A stretch of 55,321 bases of DNA, from positions 1 through 55,321 of IMG/VR virus record IMGVR_UViG_3300042549_005307; one strand, 5' to 3'. The notes beneath the pieces are model-generated. The model did not search any database, was not told where the DNA came from, and saw only the letters and a list, made by a program, of their open reading frames with translations. The stretch is from a virus. Its lineage: Duplodnaviria > Caudoviricetes. Made by a program: the position numbers and the translations under genes. This document shows positions 1 to 9,475 of this stretch, piece after piece (the first letter of the stretch is position 1; each line of letters starts with the position of its first letter).

Positions 1-1
1 C

Positions 2-772
2 GCATTTGTAGATGCGGGAAATGCAATTAACGATAACGTTATTAAACCAATCGCAGATGTAGTAGTAGATGCGGGTAATGTAATTAATAATAATGTTATT
101 CAACCAATTGCAGGTGGTATAAACACTGCAATAGGTAGTGTAGAAGATGCATACAACTATTCAGTAGCATTTGCTACCGATAGTGCACACAGAGTAGAAA
201 GTGCAGCTTGTACTATTGCAAGTACTACCGAAGAATTTGCAAAGGTAGGATTCGATGTAACTCAAAACGAATTTGTTCAATTATCTAAACAAGCCGAACA
301 ACAAATTGTTGCAGGTGTTGAAATAGTGGCAGCAGGTGCAGTAGCTGCATATAATTGGGCAGATGCAAATGCTTGTACAATTGGAATAACTGCAGCAATC
401 TCTACGGGTTGTGTTTTAGCATTTACACCGGCACAACCTGCTGGAGCAGCAACTTCAACTACATTATCTTTAATGGCTACACCGGTTCTTTACGTTGCAG
501 ATATGGCAGCTAAAATGGCAGTATCAACGGCAATGGGTGTAATAGTAGCGGATGGATTTTTAGCAATACCTGGTGTTGGTGGAAATGTTGACCCACAATT
601 ATTAAGAAATGTATGTTCAAATTGTATCTATTATAGTTTAGATTCGGCTGCATTATGGGCTACTCCTGCTGGAGTTGGTATCGCAATCGGAGCTGCAGTA
701 GCACCAGTTGTTGCATCTTTGGTATGTACTAGAACTTGTCCAAATGGATTCAGTAAAGCGTTGGGTGCATAA
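2..772 (+). CDS. 5'-truncated hypothetical protein with 19-aa N-terminal repeats and a hydrophobic, Cys-rich C-terminus
   Basis: Frame of ORF 326..772 is open back to nt 2 (AFVDAGNAINDNVIKPIADVVVDAGNVINNNVIQPIAG...); 57-bp repeat units at 8 and 65. Confidence 0.75.
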   Translation, partial: AFVDAGNAINDNVIKPIADVVVDAGNVINNNVIQPIAGGINTAIGSVEDAYNYSVAFATDSAHRVESAACTIASTTEEFAKVGFDVTQNEFVQLSKQAEQQIVAGVEIVAAGAVAAYNWADANACTIGITAAISTGCVLAFTPAQPAGAATSTTLSLMATPVLYVADMAAKMAVSTAMGVIVADGFLAIPGVGGNVDPQLLRNVCSNCIYYSLDSAALWATPAGVGIAIGAAVAPVVASLVCTRTCPNGFSKALGA

Positions 773-779
773 TATATAT

Positions 780-804
780 TTAACAATTTCGTAACATACG
801 AAAT
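780..804 (+). promoter_or_regulatory. Putative Pho-box-like operator (TTAACA/GTAACA, 11-bp period) overlapping an 8-bp palindrome
   Basis: TTAACA 780-785 and GTAACA 791-796; ATTTCGTA-aca-TACGAAAT at 786-804; upstream of the TBDR gene. Confidence 0.45.
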
Positions 805-855
805 GGTATTTTAATGAGATAGTTTCCTACTTATTGTTGAACTAAAAAAACAATA

Positions 856-3339
856 ATGAGGAAACTATTTTTATTATCAATTCTGTTACTTTCACATCAA
901 ATTTTCTCTCAAAACCTTTCAGGTAAAGTAAAAACAAACAAAGAAGAACTTATAGGTGTAACAATTTGGCTTACCAATAATACAACAAATAAGAAAGTAG
1001 GAACAACATCTGATATTGAATCCAAATATCAATTTACCAATATAGCAAAAGGAAAGTATTCAATCAAAGCATCTTTCGTTGGATACAAAGAATACATTAA
1101 AGATATTACAATTGATACTACAACTAACCTTGATATTCAGTTAGAAGAAGATACGAAAGTATTACAAGAAGTTGTAGTAAAGCAAGTAGCAAAGAAAGAA
1201 ACTGCAACTGCACTTATCAATACACTTAAAGCATCTTACATTGTAGCAGATGGATTATCAATTGAATCCATAAAGAAAACACCGGATAGAACTGTTGGAG
1301 ATGCACTTAAAAGAGTTAGTGGTGTAACAATCCAAAACGATAAGTTTGTTTTAGTTAGAGGTTTAGCTGATAGATACAACTCGGCTCTACTAAACAAATC
1401 AATCCTACCATCAACCGAACCTGATAGAAGAGCATTCTCATTTGATATTATCCCAACATCACTTATAGATAATATCATCATCAACAAAGGAGCATCAGCA
1501 AACCTACCGGGTGATTTCGCAGGAGGTTTAGTACAAATAACAACAAAAGAAGTTAGTGGTGATTTCTTTAATATATCATTGGGAGGAAGCTGGGGTTCAT
1601 TATCAACAGGACAGGATTTTAAGTTGGTAGACCCTATACAATTCCCAACATCATTCCCATCAACAAACACATATAGAATTGCTGGATTAGGTGATAGGAG
1701 AGCATACACTAAACTAATAGGTTCACCACAAACCGAAACATCAACATCTATTCCAAACTTAAATGGTAACTTATCATTTGGTGTTGTGAAAAACAAATGG
1801 AACATCTTATTCAGTTCAACTGCAAGAAACACATACTCTGCTAATACAACTGAAAGAATAGATTACCAATCATCTACCGAATTAGCATACAACTATAAAG
1901 ACCTAAATTACTCAAATGTACAATCATTAAACGGATTATTAAACATAGTGTATTTGGGAGAGAATCGTTATAGTTGGAAAACACTTGCTAACTACCAAAA
2001 CGAAAAATCATTTTTAAGTAGAGTTGGTGAGAACTATGATAATGTTCAGTATGTAGATAGTAAATCATCTAACTCAATTCAAAAGTTAGTATTCAATACA
2101 CAATTTGAAGGTAAGTTTAAAACATTAGATTTTAATGTAGGGTACAATCTTATGTTGAGAGACCAACCCGATTATAGAGTAACACCTTATATATCATCTT
2201 TATACACATCAACTCCCTACTCAATAGCATGGAGAGATACCTATCGTTTTTGGAGTGTAATGGATGAAAACTCATTCAATGGGGGATTAAACAAATCCAT
2301 AGGAGATATTCGTTTAGGAGTGGGTTATTTAAAGAAATTGAGAAACTTCAAAGCAAGAATATTCAGATACGAATCAACTGATTTGTTAAATGAGATTACA
2401 AACAACACCGATAGATATACTGCCGATTTTGATTTGGCAAATGCATATATGATGTACGAAAAAGAAATTGATAAACTAAAAATAAACACAGGGTTTAGAA
2501 CGGAATACAATTTATTTAAAGTTCAAACATCTGATTTTGGTGGACAGAGGATTTCAGTAGATAGAGAATATTTGGATATACTACCATCATTAAACGCAAC
2601 ATATTCAACATCGGAAAAAACAAAGGTTAGATTATCCGTAAGTAAAACATTAGCAAGACCAGAGTTTAGAGAGGTAGCTAATTTTGCGTATTATGACTTT
2701 GTTAGAAACGCACAACTATTAGGAAATCCAAACTTACAAAAAACGGATATATTCAATTCAGATATAAAGTTCGAGTTGTATCCTAAATCAGGTGAGAATA
2801 TATCAATCGGTTTTTTTGGTAAGAAGTTCTTCAATCCAATTGAGCAAGTTGTAGCAGATGGTTCAGTTCCATCAAATCTATTATTAACATATAAAAATCC
2901 AAATGAAGCATTGGTATATGGAGTTGAGATTGAACTTCGTAAAAAATTAAATGATTGGTTAGATTTATATTCAAACACATCATTCATCAATTCGGAAGTT
3001 GATATAAATGGAATTAAAAGACAATTGCAAGGACAATCAAACTATGTAGTAAATGGTGGATTGAACTTACATAAAAACAACAATACATTCAACATATCAT
3101 ACAATAGAGTTGGAGATAGAATATCAGCAGTAGGATTTCAAGGATACCCTGATATATTTGAAAACTCTCGTGATGTAGTTGATATTGTTATTCTTCGTAA
3201 AATTAAAAACGGAGAAATTAAATTAGCAGTATCGGATATATTCAGACAACCATTTGAGTATTACCAAAAACCAAATAGAACTTTAATTAAAACAAACAAC
3301 GAAACAACAGTTTCACTAACACTAAATTACAACCTATGA
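856..3339 (+). CDS. TonB-dependent outer-membrane receptor with N-terminal carboxypeptidase-regulatory-like domain, Bacteroidota type
   Basis: Signal peptide; ASFVGY/LQEVVV N-domain; plug motif GDALKRVSGVTI..VRGLADRYN; FAGGLVQITTK; barrel motifs SKTLARPEFRE and GNPNL; C-terminal LNYNL. Confidence 0.92.
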   Translation: MRKLFLLSILLLSHQIFSQNLSGKVKTNKEELIGVTIWLTNNTTNKKVGTTSDIESKYQFTNIAKGKYSIKASFVGYKEYIKDITIDTTTNLDIQLEEDTKVLQEVVVKQVAKKETATALINTLKASYIVADGLSIESIKKTPDRTVGDALKRVSGVTIQNDKFVLVRGLADRYNSALLNKSILPSTEPDRRAFSFDIIPTSLIDNIIINKGASANLPGDFAGGLVQITTKEVSGDFFNISLGGSWGSLSTGQDFKLVDPIQFPTSFPSTNTYRIAGLGDRRAYTKLIGSPQTETSTSIPNLNGNLSFGVVKNKWNILFSSTARNTYSANTTERIDYQSSTELAYNYKDLNYSNVQSLNGLLNIVYLGENRYSWKTLANYQNEKSFLSRVGENYDNVQYVDSKSSNSIQKLVFNTQFEGKFKTLDFNVGYNLMLRDQPDYRVTPYISSLYTSTPYSIAWRDTYRFWSVMDENSFNGGLNKSIGDIRLGVGYLKKLRNFKARIFRYESTDLLNEITNNTDRYTADFDLANAYMMYEKEIDKLKINTGFRTEYNLFKVQTSDFGGQRISVDREYLDILPSLNATYSTSEKTKVRLSVSKTLARPEFREVANFAYYDFVRNAQLLGNPNLQKTDIFNSDIKFELYPKSGENISIGFFGKKFFNPIEQVVADGSVPSNLLLTYKNPNEALVYGVEIELRKKLNDWLDLYSNTSFINSEVDINGIKRQLQGQSNYVVNGGLNLHKNNNTFNISYNRVGDRISAVGFQGYPDIFENSRDVVDIVILRKIKNGEIKLAVSDIFRQPFEYYQKPNRTLIKTNNETTVSLTLNYNL

Positions 3340-4538
3340 AAAAATTATTAGTATTGTTCGCAAGTTTAACAATGTTTGCATGTTCCAAAGATTTAGGTGG
3401 AGATGTAGCACCTGTAAATGTACCAACATCAACAACTTTGAGTGGTAATATCACATCAACTACAACTCTTACATCGGATAAAGAGTGGGTATTAAAAGGA
3501 TATGTTTATGTAACCGATGGTGCTAAACTTATCATTCAACCTGGCACAATAATCAAATCTGATATAAGTGAGAAAGGTGCATTATGTATTGAAAGAGGAG
3601 CACAAATTGTAGCAGAAGGTACTGCAACAAAACCAATCATATTTACATCTGGTAGACCAGTAGGTGAAAGAACTCCAGGTGATTGGGGTGGTATTGTAAT
3701 ATTGGGTAGAGCAAAAACCAATAGAACATCCGAACCAACTATCGAAGGTGGTATTGGTAGACCGTATGGTGGTACTAACGATTTAGATAATAGTGGTATC
3801 TTAAAATATGTTCGTATTGAATACGCTGGTATTGCAGCAATGCCAAACTCTGAAATCAACGCACTAACATTGGGTGGAGTTGGTAGTGGAACAATCATTG
3901 AGAATGTTCAAACTATCTACGCTAATGATGATGCATTTGAATTCTTTGGTGGAACTGTAAATGCTAAAAATCTATACGCATACGGAACTGCGGATGATGA
4001 TTATGATTTTGATTTTGGATATAGAGGTAAAGTATCTAATTCAGTTTCCAAAAGAGACCCACAATTTGTAGATAACGGAGATGCAGGAAATGGTGTAGAG
4101 TGTGATAACGATGGAACGGGTTCATCTGCAGAACCATTTACACATCCTATATTAGATGGTGTAATTTTAATTGGACCTAACGATGCTACATCTTTATCAA
4201 ATCATAATTTAGCAATGAGATGGAGAAGAGCAACTCAATTTGAAGTATATAACTCTACAATCATTGGATATATGAAAGGTGGTTTCTCAATGGAAAGTAA
4301 CGAAACGGCACAATTCTACAAAGATGGTGTAAGTAAGTTTCAAAACAATAAAATCGGTTCATTTAATTCATTGAACTTTATCAGTAGAGCAACTACTATT
4401 ATCACATCTGATTTAGTTAAAACAAAAGCATTAAGTGAAGGTAATACTGAAATAACTTTAACTGCAACTGAAATTGAAACTTTATCTAAACCAACTTGGA
4501 CAAATGGTTGGACAAAATTCCCAACAAAAGGAAATTAA
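3336..4538 (+). CDS. Lipoprotein of the beta-helix-like family usually paired with this TBDR class
   Basis: Lipobox TMFA-C; motifs GAKLIIQPGT, GDWGG, DNSGILKYVRIEYAG, DDAFEFFGG; ATGA overlap with the TBDR. Confidence 0.8.
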   Translation: MKKLLVLFASLTMFACSKDLGGDVAPVNVPTSTTLSGNITSTTTLTSDKEWVLKGYVYVTDGAKLIIQPGTIIKSDISEKGALCIERGAQIVAEGTATKPIIFTSGRPVGERTPGDWGGIVILGRAKTNRTSEPTIEGGIGRPYGGTNDLDNSGILKYVRIEYAGIAAMPNSEINALTLGGVGSGTIIENVQTIYANDDAFEFFGGTVNAKNLYAYGTADDDYDFDFGYRGKVSNSVSKRDPQFVDNGDAGNGVECDNDGTGSSAEPFTHPILDGVILIGPNDATSLSNHNLAMRWRRATQFEVYNSTIIGYMKGGFSMESNETAQFYKDGVSKFQNNKIGSFNSLNFISRATTIITSDLVKTKALSEGNTEITLTATEIETLSKPTWTNGWTKFPTKGN

Positions 4539-4572
4539 GTGATATTTATATAAGTAGAAAATATCATAATGA

Positions 4573-6171
4573 TTGAAAAAGTTAAGAATACTATTAAGTG
4601 TATTATTCATATTCTGTCTAGCTTTCAAAGCTAACGGACAAACAACATTTACACAAACATTTATAGATAAGTGTACTGGTGAAGTAAAACTTGCCACTAC
4701 TACTTACGTTAATGGAAATGCTTTTGTATCATTTTATGACCAAATGAAAGTATTTACACCCGATGAAGTTCAAAGTGGTGCAATGAAAATTTGGTTACAA
4801 GCGGTATATATCACATACGCTAACAAAGGGTGTGCTGCAACGGTAGTTCAACAAACAGTTCAACAAACGGTAAATCAGGCAGTTCAGCAAGCGGCAGCGG
4901 CGGCAGCAACGCAAGCAGCGGCGGCGGCTGCATCAAAAGCTGCGGAGGCGGCGGCTTCGGCAGCTGCATCGGCAGCGGCTTCAAAAGCTGCGGAGGCGGC
5001 AGCCTCAAAAGCCGCAGAAGAGGCGGCAGCAAAAGCGGCGGCAGAAGCAGCCTCAAAAGCTGCGGCAGCAGCTGCATCGGCAGCGGCTTCAAAAGCAGCT
5101 GGTTCGGCGGCGGGTGGAGCCGCATCATCGGCAGCTGGTTCGGCGGCTGGTGGGGCAGCTTCATCGGCAGCAGCTTCCGCAGTTCCACCCCCACCACCAA
5201 CTCCATCAGCACCAACCCCATCCGCTCCTGCACCAGCAGCCAATAATACACCTGCGCCAGCAAGTGGTGGTTCATCACAAAGTGGGGGAGGAGGAGCTGC
5301 TCCAAAAGCCGAAGCAAAAGCTGAAGCAAAAGCAGAGGCAAAGGCTGAAGCTAAATCGGAAAGTAAGAGTGAATCCAAATCTGAATCTAAATCCGAATCA
5401 AAAGAAGAATCCAAATCAGAAAGTAAGAGTGAGGAAAAGAAAGAAGAATCTAAATCCGAATCTAAAAAAGAAGAAAAGAAAGAGGAGAAGAAGGAAGAAA
5501 AGAAAAAGGCTGCAATAATAAACCCATTACTATTTGCATCCGATTTAAGTGTAGTTCAATCTGATACTGCTAATTGGGATGCTATTATAACATTGGGTGT
5601 ATCTCGTTCATCGGCAGCAGGTAATGTTAGTTATTCAGGAACATCTATGATATGGTCTAGCTTAAAGCAATTTGCTTTGAGTGGTGGTATTACTAAAATG
5701 AACTTAAAGGATGGAGCATTAGTATCTATGAACTCCTATTCAGTTACTACTGCATATTTAAGTGGAACTTTAATGGGGTTAGCTGGATTTACTTGGATTA
5801 AACCACATCCTAAATTTGGTGTATATGGTTATAATGTGGGTTTGGTTAATTTACTATCACCGCAAGAAACTGGTGGGTATTCGTATGGTATGAGTAGTTC
5901 AACCGTTGCCTTTTGGACTAAACCATATCAAATGAATAAAAAACTAACACTATCACCACAGATATTTACGATGTTACCGGGTGGGAGTTGGGATAGTTCT
6001 AATGGGGATATAAAAATGGGTAAAGACTTTGGATTTTTATTAGGAACATCCGTAGATTATAAATTATCCAAAAAGTTTGGTTTGAGTTTCAACTATAAGA
6101 TAAACACATCAACTGCTTCTGGAGCACCGATATTAAGTAATTTCTTAATAGGTTCTAGATTAATGCTTTAG
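4573..6171 (+). CDS. Secreted/outer-membrane protein with Ala-rich, Pro-rich and EAK/ESK repeat stalk and a probable C-terminal beta-barrel
   Basis: TTG start, signal peptide, low-complexity middle, C-terminal ~200 aa of alternating amphipathic strands. Confidence 0.65.
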   Translation: MKKLRILLSVLFIFCLAFKANGQTTFTQTFIDKCTGEVKLATTTYVNGNAFVSFYDQMKVFTPDEVQSGAMKIWLQAVYITYANKGCAATVVQQTVQQTVNQAVQQAAAAAATQAAAAAASKAAEAAASAAASAAASKAAEAAASKAAEEAAAKAAAEAASKAAAAAASAAASKAAGSAAGGAASSAAGSAAGGAASSAAASAVPPPPPTPSAPTPSAPAPAANNTPAPASGGSSQSGGGGAAPKAEAKAEAKAEAKAEAKSESKSESKSESKSESKEESKSESKSEEKKEESKSESKKEEKKEEKKEEKKKAAIINPLLFASDLSVVQSDTANWDAIITLGVSRSSAAGNVSYSGTSMIWSSLKQFALSGGITKMNLKDGALVSMNSYSVTTAYLSGTLMGLAGFTWIKPHPKFGVYGYNVGLVNLLSPQETGGYSYGMSSSTVAFWTKPYQMNKKLTLSPQIFTMLPGGSWDSSNGDIKMGKDFGFLLGTSVDYKLSKKFGLSFNYKINTSTASGAPILSNFLIGSRLML

Positions 6172-6326
6172 ATTCCTAAAACTTCATCCATTTCTTCAAT
6201 AACTTGGTTGGTAATATCAGTTTGACCAGCAAGGTTTAACCCCGCCATAGTAATACTAAATACCGCAGCTGAAACTACAATTGTTCCAATTGAATAAACT
6301 AATGCTTTTGTAAAAAATGTTTTCAT
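6168..6326 (-). CDS. Small membrane protein (52 aa), not in the ORF track
   Basis: MKTFFTKALVYSIGTIVVSAAVFSITMAGLNLAGQTDITNQVIEEMDEVLGI; TATTTAT motif on the minus strand at 6345-6351; fills the intergenic gap. Confidence 0.65.
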   Translation of the reverse strand: MKTFFTKALVYSIGTIVVSAAVFSITMAGLNLAGQTDITNQVIEEMDEVLGI

Positions 6327-6371
6327 ATAACTTCCAATGTATATATAAATATATTAAAAAAATATTTTGAA

Positions 6372-6450
6372 AATAATTAAGAAAACATTAGGAAATGTGA
6401 ATTATTTTGCCTACCTTTATAGAGTAGTAAGAGATAAACATAAAAAATAA
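6372..6450 (+). promoter_or_regulatory. Early promoter cassette type A (also at 38016-38090)
   Basis: TTAGGAAATGTGAA...TTGCCTACCTTTATAG, -7 box at 6412. Confidence 0.75.
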
Positions 6451-6454
6451 AGAT

Positions 6455-6655
6455 ATGAGTAACGAAGAGATTGTTTCAATGAGTGTGAGTGAGTATTGTG
6501 ATTTGTTAATCACAATGGCGGAGTTCGCTGGGAGTAATGACCCCCATAAGGTCAATTGGGATTACACCTTTTGGCATGGGGTGGTGAGTGAGGAGCGTTA
6601 CGCAGAGGTAATACCTGCGTTGGTTGAACGTGGGTATGAGTCTTGGATGGCTTAA
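6455..6655 (+). CDS. Hypothetical early protein
   Basis: ORF behind promoter, AAAGAT-ATG leader. Confidence 0.7.
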   Translation: MSNEEIVSMSVSEYCDLLITMAEFAGSNDPHKVNWDYTFWHGVVSEERYAEVIPALVERGYESWMA

Positions 6656-6686
6656 TTTGAATTGTTAAACATAAACAAATAAATAT

Positions 6687-6917
6687 ATGAGAAACGGATT
6701 GAGTATTTCAACATTAAAAACGATTGAAGCAGAGTTTGGTGATTTTGAAATCAAACAGGTTTGGGGTGGTGATTATAATGTGTTTTTCCGATTTGGTTAT
6801 TGGAGAAGCGTTGATTTGGCTAAATTACAGGCCATCATCGGTGGTTCGAATGAGGTAGTTGAAGATGCAGATTACGATGAAGATTGTGGATATTTATTTA
6901 TGTATCGCCTAAAATAA
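6687..6917 (+). CDS. Hypothetical early protein
   Basis: ORF with A-rich leader. Confidence 0.7.
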   Translation: MRNGLSISTLKTIEAEFGDFEIKQVWGGDYNVFFRFGYWRSVDLAKLQAIIGGSNEVVEDADYDEDCGYLFMYRLK

Positions 6918-6933
6918 TTAAAAAATATTTTAC

Positions 6934-6998
6934 AAAGACGTTGCATAATTGAATTATTTTGCTTACCTTTATAGAGTAATAAGAGTTAAACATAAAAC
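6934..6998 (+). promoter_or_regulatory. Early promoter cassette type B (also at 40389-40465)
   Basis: AAAGACGTTGCATAATTGAA..TTTTGCTTACCTTTAT, -7 box at 6964. Confidence 0.75.
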
Positions 6999-7007
6999 AA
7001 TAAAGAT

Positions 7008-7313
7008 ATGATGAATGAAGCCCCAATTCCGATGATGAAAGCAGTGAGTTTTCTATCAGACCTTAAAGAATTTATTGAGTACTGTAATGATTTCTACAAT
7101 GAAGAGTATGGTGAGTATCGCATCGCATCCACAGAGGATATTGAGGCAGCAATCGGTGAGTATCTGACCGAACCACATGAGCACGAAATTCAGTTTGACT
7201 CATTTGATAGAGAGAAAGTTAGAGAGATATTAGAACCCAATTACAATTACGCAGGTGTTAGTGGTGGATTCACATTAGGACCAGCAATTGAGTTTTCGGT
7301 TTGTGAAGAATAA
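7008..7313 (+). CDS. Acidic hypothetical protein
   Basis: ORF behind promoter, D/E-rich. Confidence 0.7.
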   Translation: MMNEAPIPMMKAVSFLSDLKEFIEYCNDFYNEEYGEYRIASTEDIEAAIGEYLTEPHEHEIQFDSFDREKVREILEPNYNYAGVSGGFTLGPAIEFSVCEE

Positions 7314-7325
7314 AATATAAAAGTT

Positions 7326-7502
7326 ATGAAAAATTACCAATTTAATTATTACGGCTGGGTGCCAGGTTACAATGATTTCGATGATGAGCAAATCTTCATC
7401 TCTGCTCCTTCAAAAGAGGAAGCAATTAAAATCTTCAATTCTATAAAAAGGTTCATTAAATACGGACCAGAAATTATTGAGTTAGACACTTTAAACAAAT
7501 AA
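7326..7502 (+). CDS. Hypothetical protein (58 aa), not in the ORF track
   Basis: MKNYQFNYYGWVPGYNDFDDEQIFISAPSKEEAIKIF...; fills the gap in a co-directional array. Confidence 0.6.
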   Translation: MKNYQFNYYGWVPGYNDFDDEQIFISAPSKEEAIKIFNSIKRFIKYGPEIIELDTLNK

Positions 7503-7505
7503 GAT

Positions 7506-7748
7506 ATGAGTTTTATTAGATTTAACAGACACGCCAATATGACTTCGGAAACACGAGGTGAAATTATGGATATTTTAAAAGAGGTTGATTTCAATACTGG
7601 TTTTGACCTTATGAATATGTTATACGGATTATTTGATGGCTACCTTTACGATGATTTACTTGAAGTAGCTAGAGGTGCAAACGTAGATAAGGCACTTTAC
7701 AATAGAATAAAAAATGTAGTTTCGGTTATTAAAAATTATAAAATTTAA
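7506..7748 (+). CDS. Hypothetical protein
   Basis: ORF with AAGAT-ATG leader. Confidence 0.7.
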   Translation: MSFIRFNRHANMTSETRGEIMDILKEVDFNTGFDLMNMLYGLFDGYLYDDLLEVARGANVDKALYNRIKNVVSVIKNYKI

Positions 7749-7752
7749 AAGT

Positions 7753-8013
7753 ATGCATATTAGAGAGCAATGTAGACAGCGAGCTATTCAATTCGCTAAT
7801 GAATGGAAATCAGAATTTCCAAATGTAAGTGACCATAATATTGAAATGATGGTTTCGATTATGGTAACGCGTGATAAATCATCTTATGCGGGTGGTGGTT
7901 TCGTAGAAGCAGTTTGTGCTAACGATTTGGTTGGAGCAGTTACTCGTGCTGATAGTGATAACATTAGAGTTATTAAATTATTAGCACTCACACATAAACA
8001 ATGTTACTTATAA
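7753..8013 (+). CDS. Conserved phage hypothetical protein
   Basis: GGGFVEAVCANDLVGAVTRAD motif. Confidence 0.7.
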   Translation: MHIREQCRQRAIQFANEWKSEFPNVSDHNIEMMVSIMVTRDKSSYAGGGFVEAVCANDLVGAVTRADSDNIRVIKLLALTHKQCYL

Positions 8014-8025
8014 AATAATAAAGAT

Positions 8026-8478
8026 ATGGGATTAGACATGTATTTAGAGAAGCGTACCTATGTTAGACAATGGGAGCATCAAACACCAGAAGAGCAGTAC
8101 AATGTAGAAGTAACCAAAGGTGGTGAACCTGTAAAGATTGACCCGAAACGTGTTACTTATGTTATTGAAGAAGTTGGTTATTGGCGAAAGCAAAACCAAA
8201 TCCACCAATGGTTCGTTGAGAATGTGCAGAATGGTGTAGATAATTGTGGTGAGTATTCTGTTAGTAAAGGTCAGTTGGAAGATTTGTTGGAAATATGTAA
8301 GAAAATCCTAAATGATAATTCACGCGCAGAGGAATTATTACCAACTGCAAGTGGTTTCTTCTTTGGTGGAACTGAATATGATGAATGGTACTTTGATGGT
8401 ATTCAAAACACTATTGAGATTTTAGAGGGAGTATTACCTGATACTACTGCTGATTATTATTATTCATCTTCTTGGTAA
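8026..8478 (+). CDS. Conserved phage hypothetical protein
   Basis: MGLDMYL...VGYWRKQNQIHQWFV...LLPTASGFFFGG...YYYSSSW. Confidence 0.8.
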   Translation: MGLDMYLEKRTYVRQWEHQTPEEQYNVEVTKGGEPVKIDPKRVTYVIEEVGYWRKQNQIHQWFVENVQNGVDNCGEYSVSKGQLEDLLEICKKILNDNSRAEELLPTASGFFFGGTEYDEWYFDGIQNTIEILEGVLPDTTADYYYSSSW

Positions 8479-8479
8479 T

Positions 8480-8743
8480 ATGAAAAGGATACTAACATTC
8501 TATACGATTATCATAGTACTAGGTGCTATGATTTTCGGAGCTTGTATAAACGAACCAATATCAAAAGAAAGAATTGGTAAGGATGATGGATTTGAAGTAG
8601 AATACCTTTTTGATAAAGATGGTGTAAAGGTTTATCGTTTTTTTGATAACGGACACTATCATTATTTTACAACCAAAGGTGAAACCATTTCTACACAAAC
8701 TGCCGGTAAAACAACTTATTCGGAAAACATAAAATCTTACTAA
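8480..8743 (+). CDS. DUF4884-like lipoprotein
   Basis: Lipobox FGA-C; FEVEYLFDKDGVKVYRFFDNGHYHYFT. Confidence 0.6.
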   Translation: MKRILTFYTIIIVLGAMIFGACINEPISKERIGKDDGFEVEYLFDKDGVKVYRFFDNGHYHYFTTKGETISTQTAGKTTYSENIKSY

Positions 8744-8744
8744 T

Positions 8745-8909
8745 ATGGAACTAACATTAGGAGATTTACAACAAATTGAATTGATTTGTGTAGAAGCATC
8801 TGCTTGGGGATTACGAGAGGAAGTGGTAGATGAGGCAGAACGATTGATTAGAGATGGATACGAACCGGTGGTAGCGTATGAGATTGCATTTGAAGAATGG
8901 GTTAAATAA
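8745..8909 (+). CDS. Hypothetical protein (54 aa), not in the ORF track
   Basis: MELTLGDLQQIELICVEASAWGLREEV...; fills the gap. Confidence 0.6.
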   Translation: MELTLGDLQQIELICVEASAWGLREEVVDEAERLIRDGYEPVVAYEIAFEEWVK

Positions 8910-8920
8910 AACAATAAACT

Positions 8921-9475
8921 ATGAGCAACTTACAAACTTACATAAAGTATTACGAAGATAATGTCCAATTAGCAGCATCATTCGCTAACAAAGGCGAGAT
9001 GGGTATGGTTCGTTCCACTATGAAAGAAGTGGTAGAGGGATTGTTAGATTTGATTTGGAAAACTGAAATCGGTGGTGAATCAAAGAAGAACGATTTTATT
9101 GAATCGGTGAGTAAAAGTGGTTATACCTTAAAGTTTCAGGTAGATAGACACCTATACCATACCGATGGAACTATGGCAAAGATTGGTGAGTGTAAAGCAT
9201 ATTTAGATAGATGTTTTATGGAAAGGGCTAGTTCAGATTTTGGTAGAATCCTAAATGGTGTTCAATCAAAACCTACTACCTTTATCCTAGCATTAGAGAA
9301 TAGTGTAAGTGATAAGGCATATGAATACTATATGGATGAAGGAAACATCCACAAAGTGTTTTATTTATGTGATGGGAAGCGTTCATCTACAAAACCAATC
9401 TGGCGTAATCCACACTATAAACCAATCAACGAAAACAAATTACAAGATTTTGTTAATTTTATTAAAAATAATTAG
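8921..9475 (+). CDS. PD-(D/E)XK restriction-endonuclease-fold protein
   Basis: E..(FQV)D..(IG)ECKAYLD catalytic pattern. Confidence 0.55.
   Translation: MSNLQTYIKYYEDNVQLAASFANKGEMGMVRSTMKEVVEGLLDLIWKTEIGGESKKNDFIESVSKSGYTLKFQVDRHLYHTDGTMAKIGECKAYLDRCFMERASSDFGRILNGVQSKPTTFILALENSVSDKAYEYYMDEGNIHKVFYLCDGKRSSTKPIWRNPHYKPINENKLQDFVNFIKNN

Noticed and set aside
4820-5518. Four overlapping alternative-frame or antisense ORFs
   Set aside because: Shadows of the GC-rich Ala/Pro repeat codons in gene 4573
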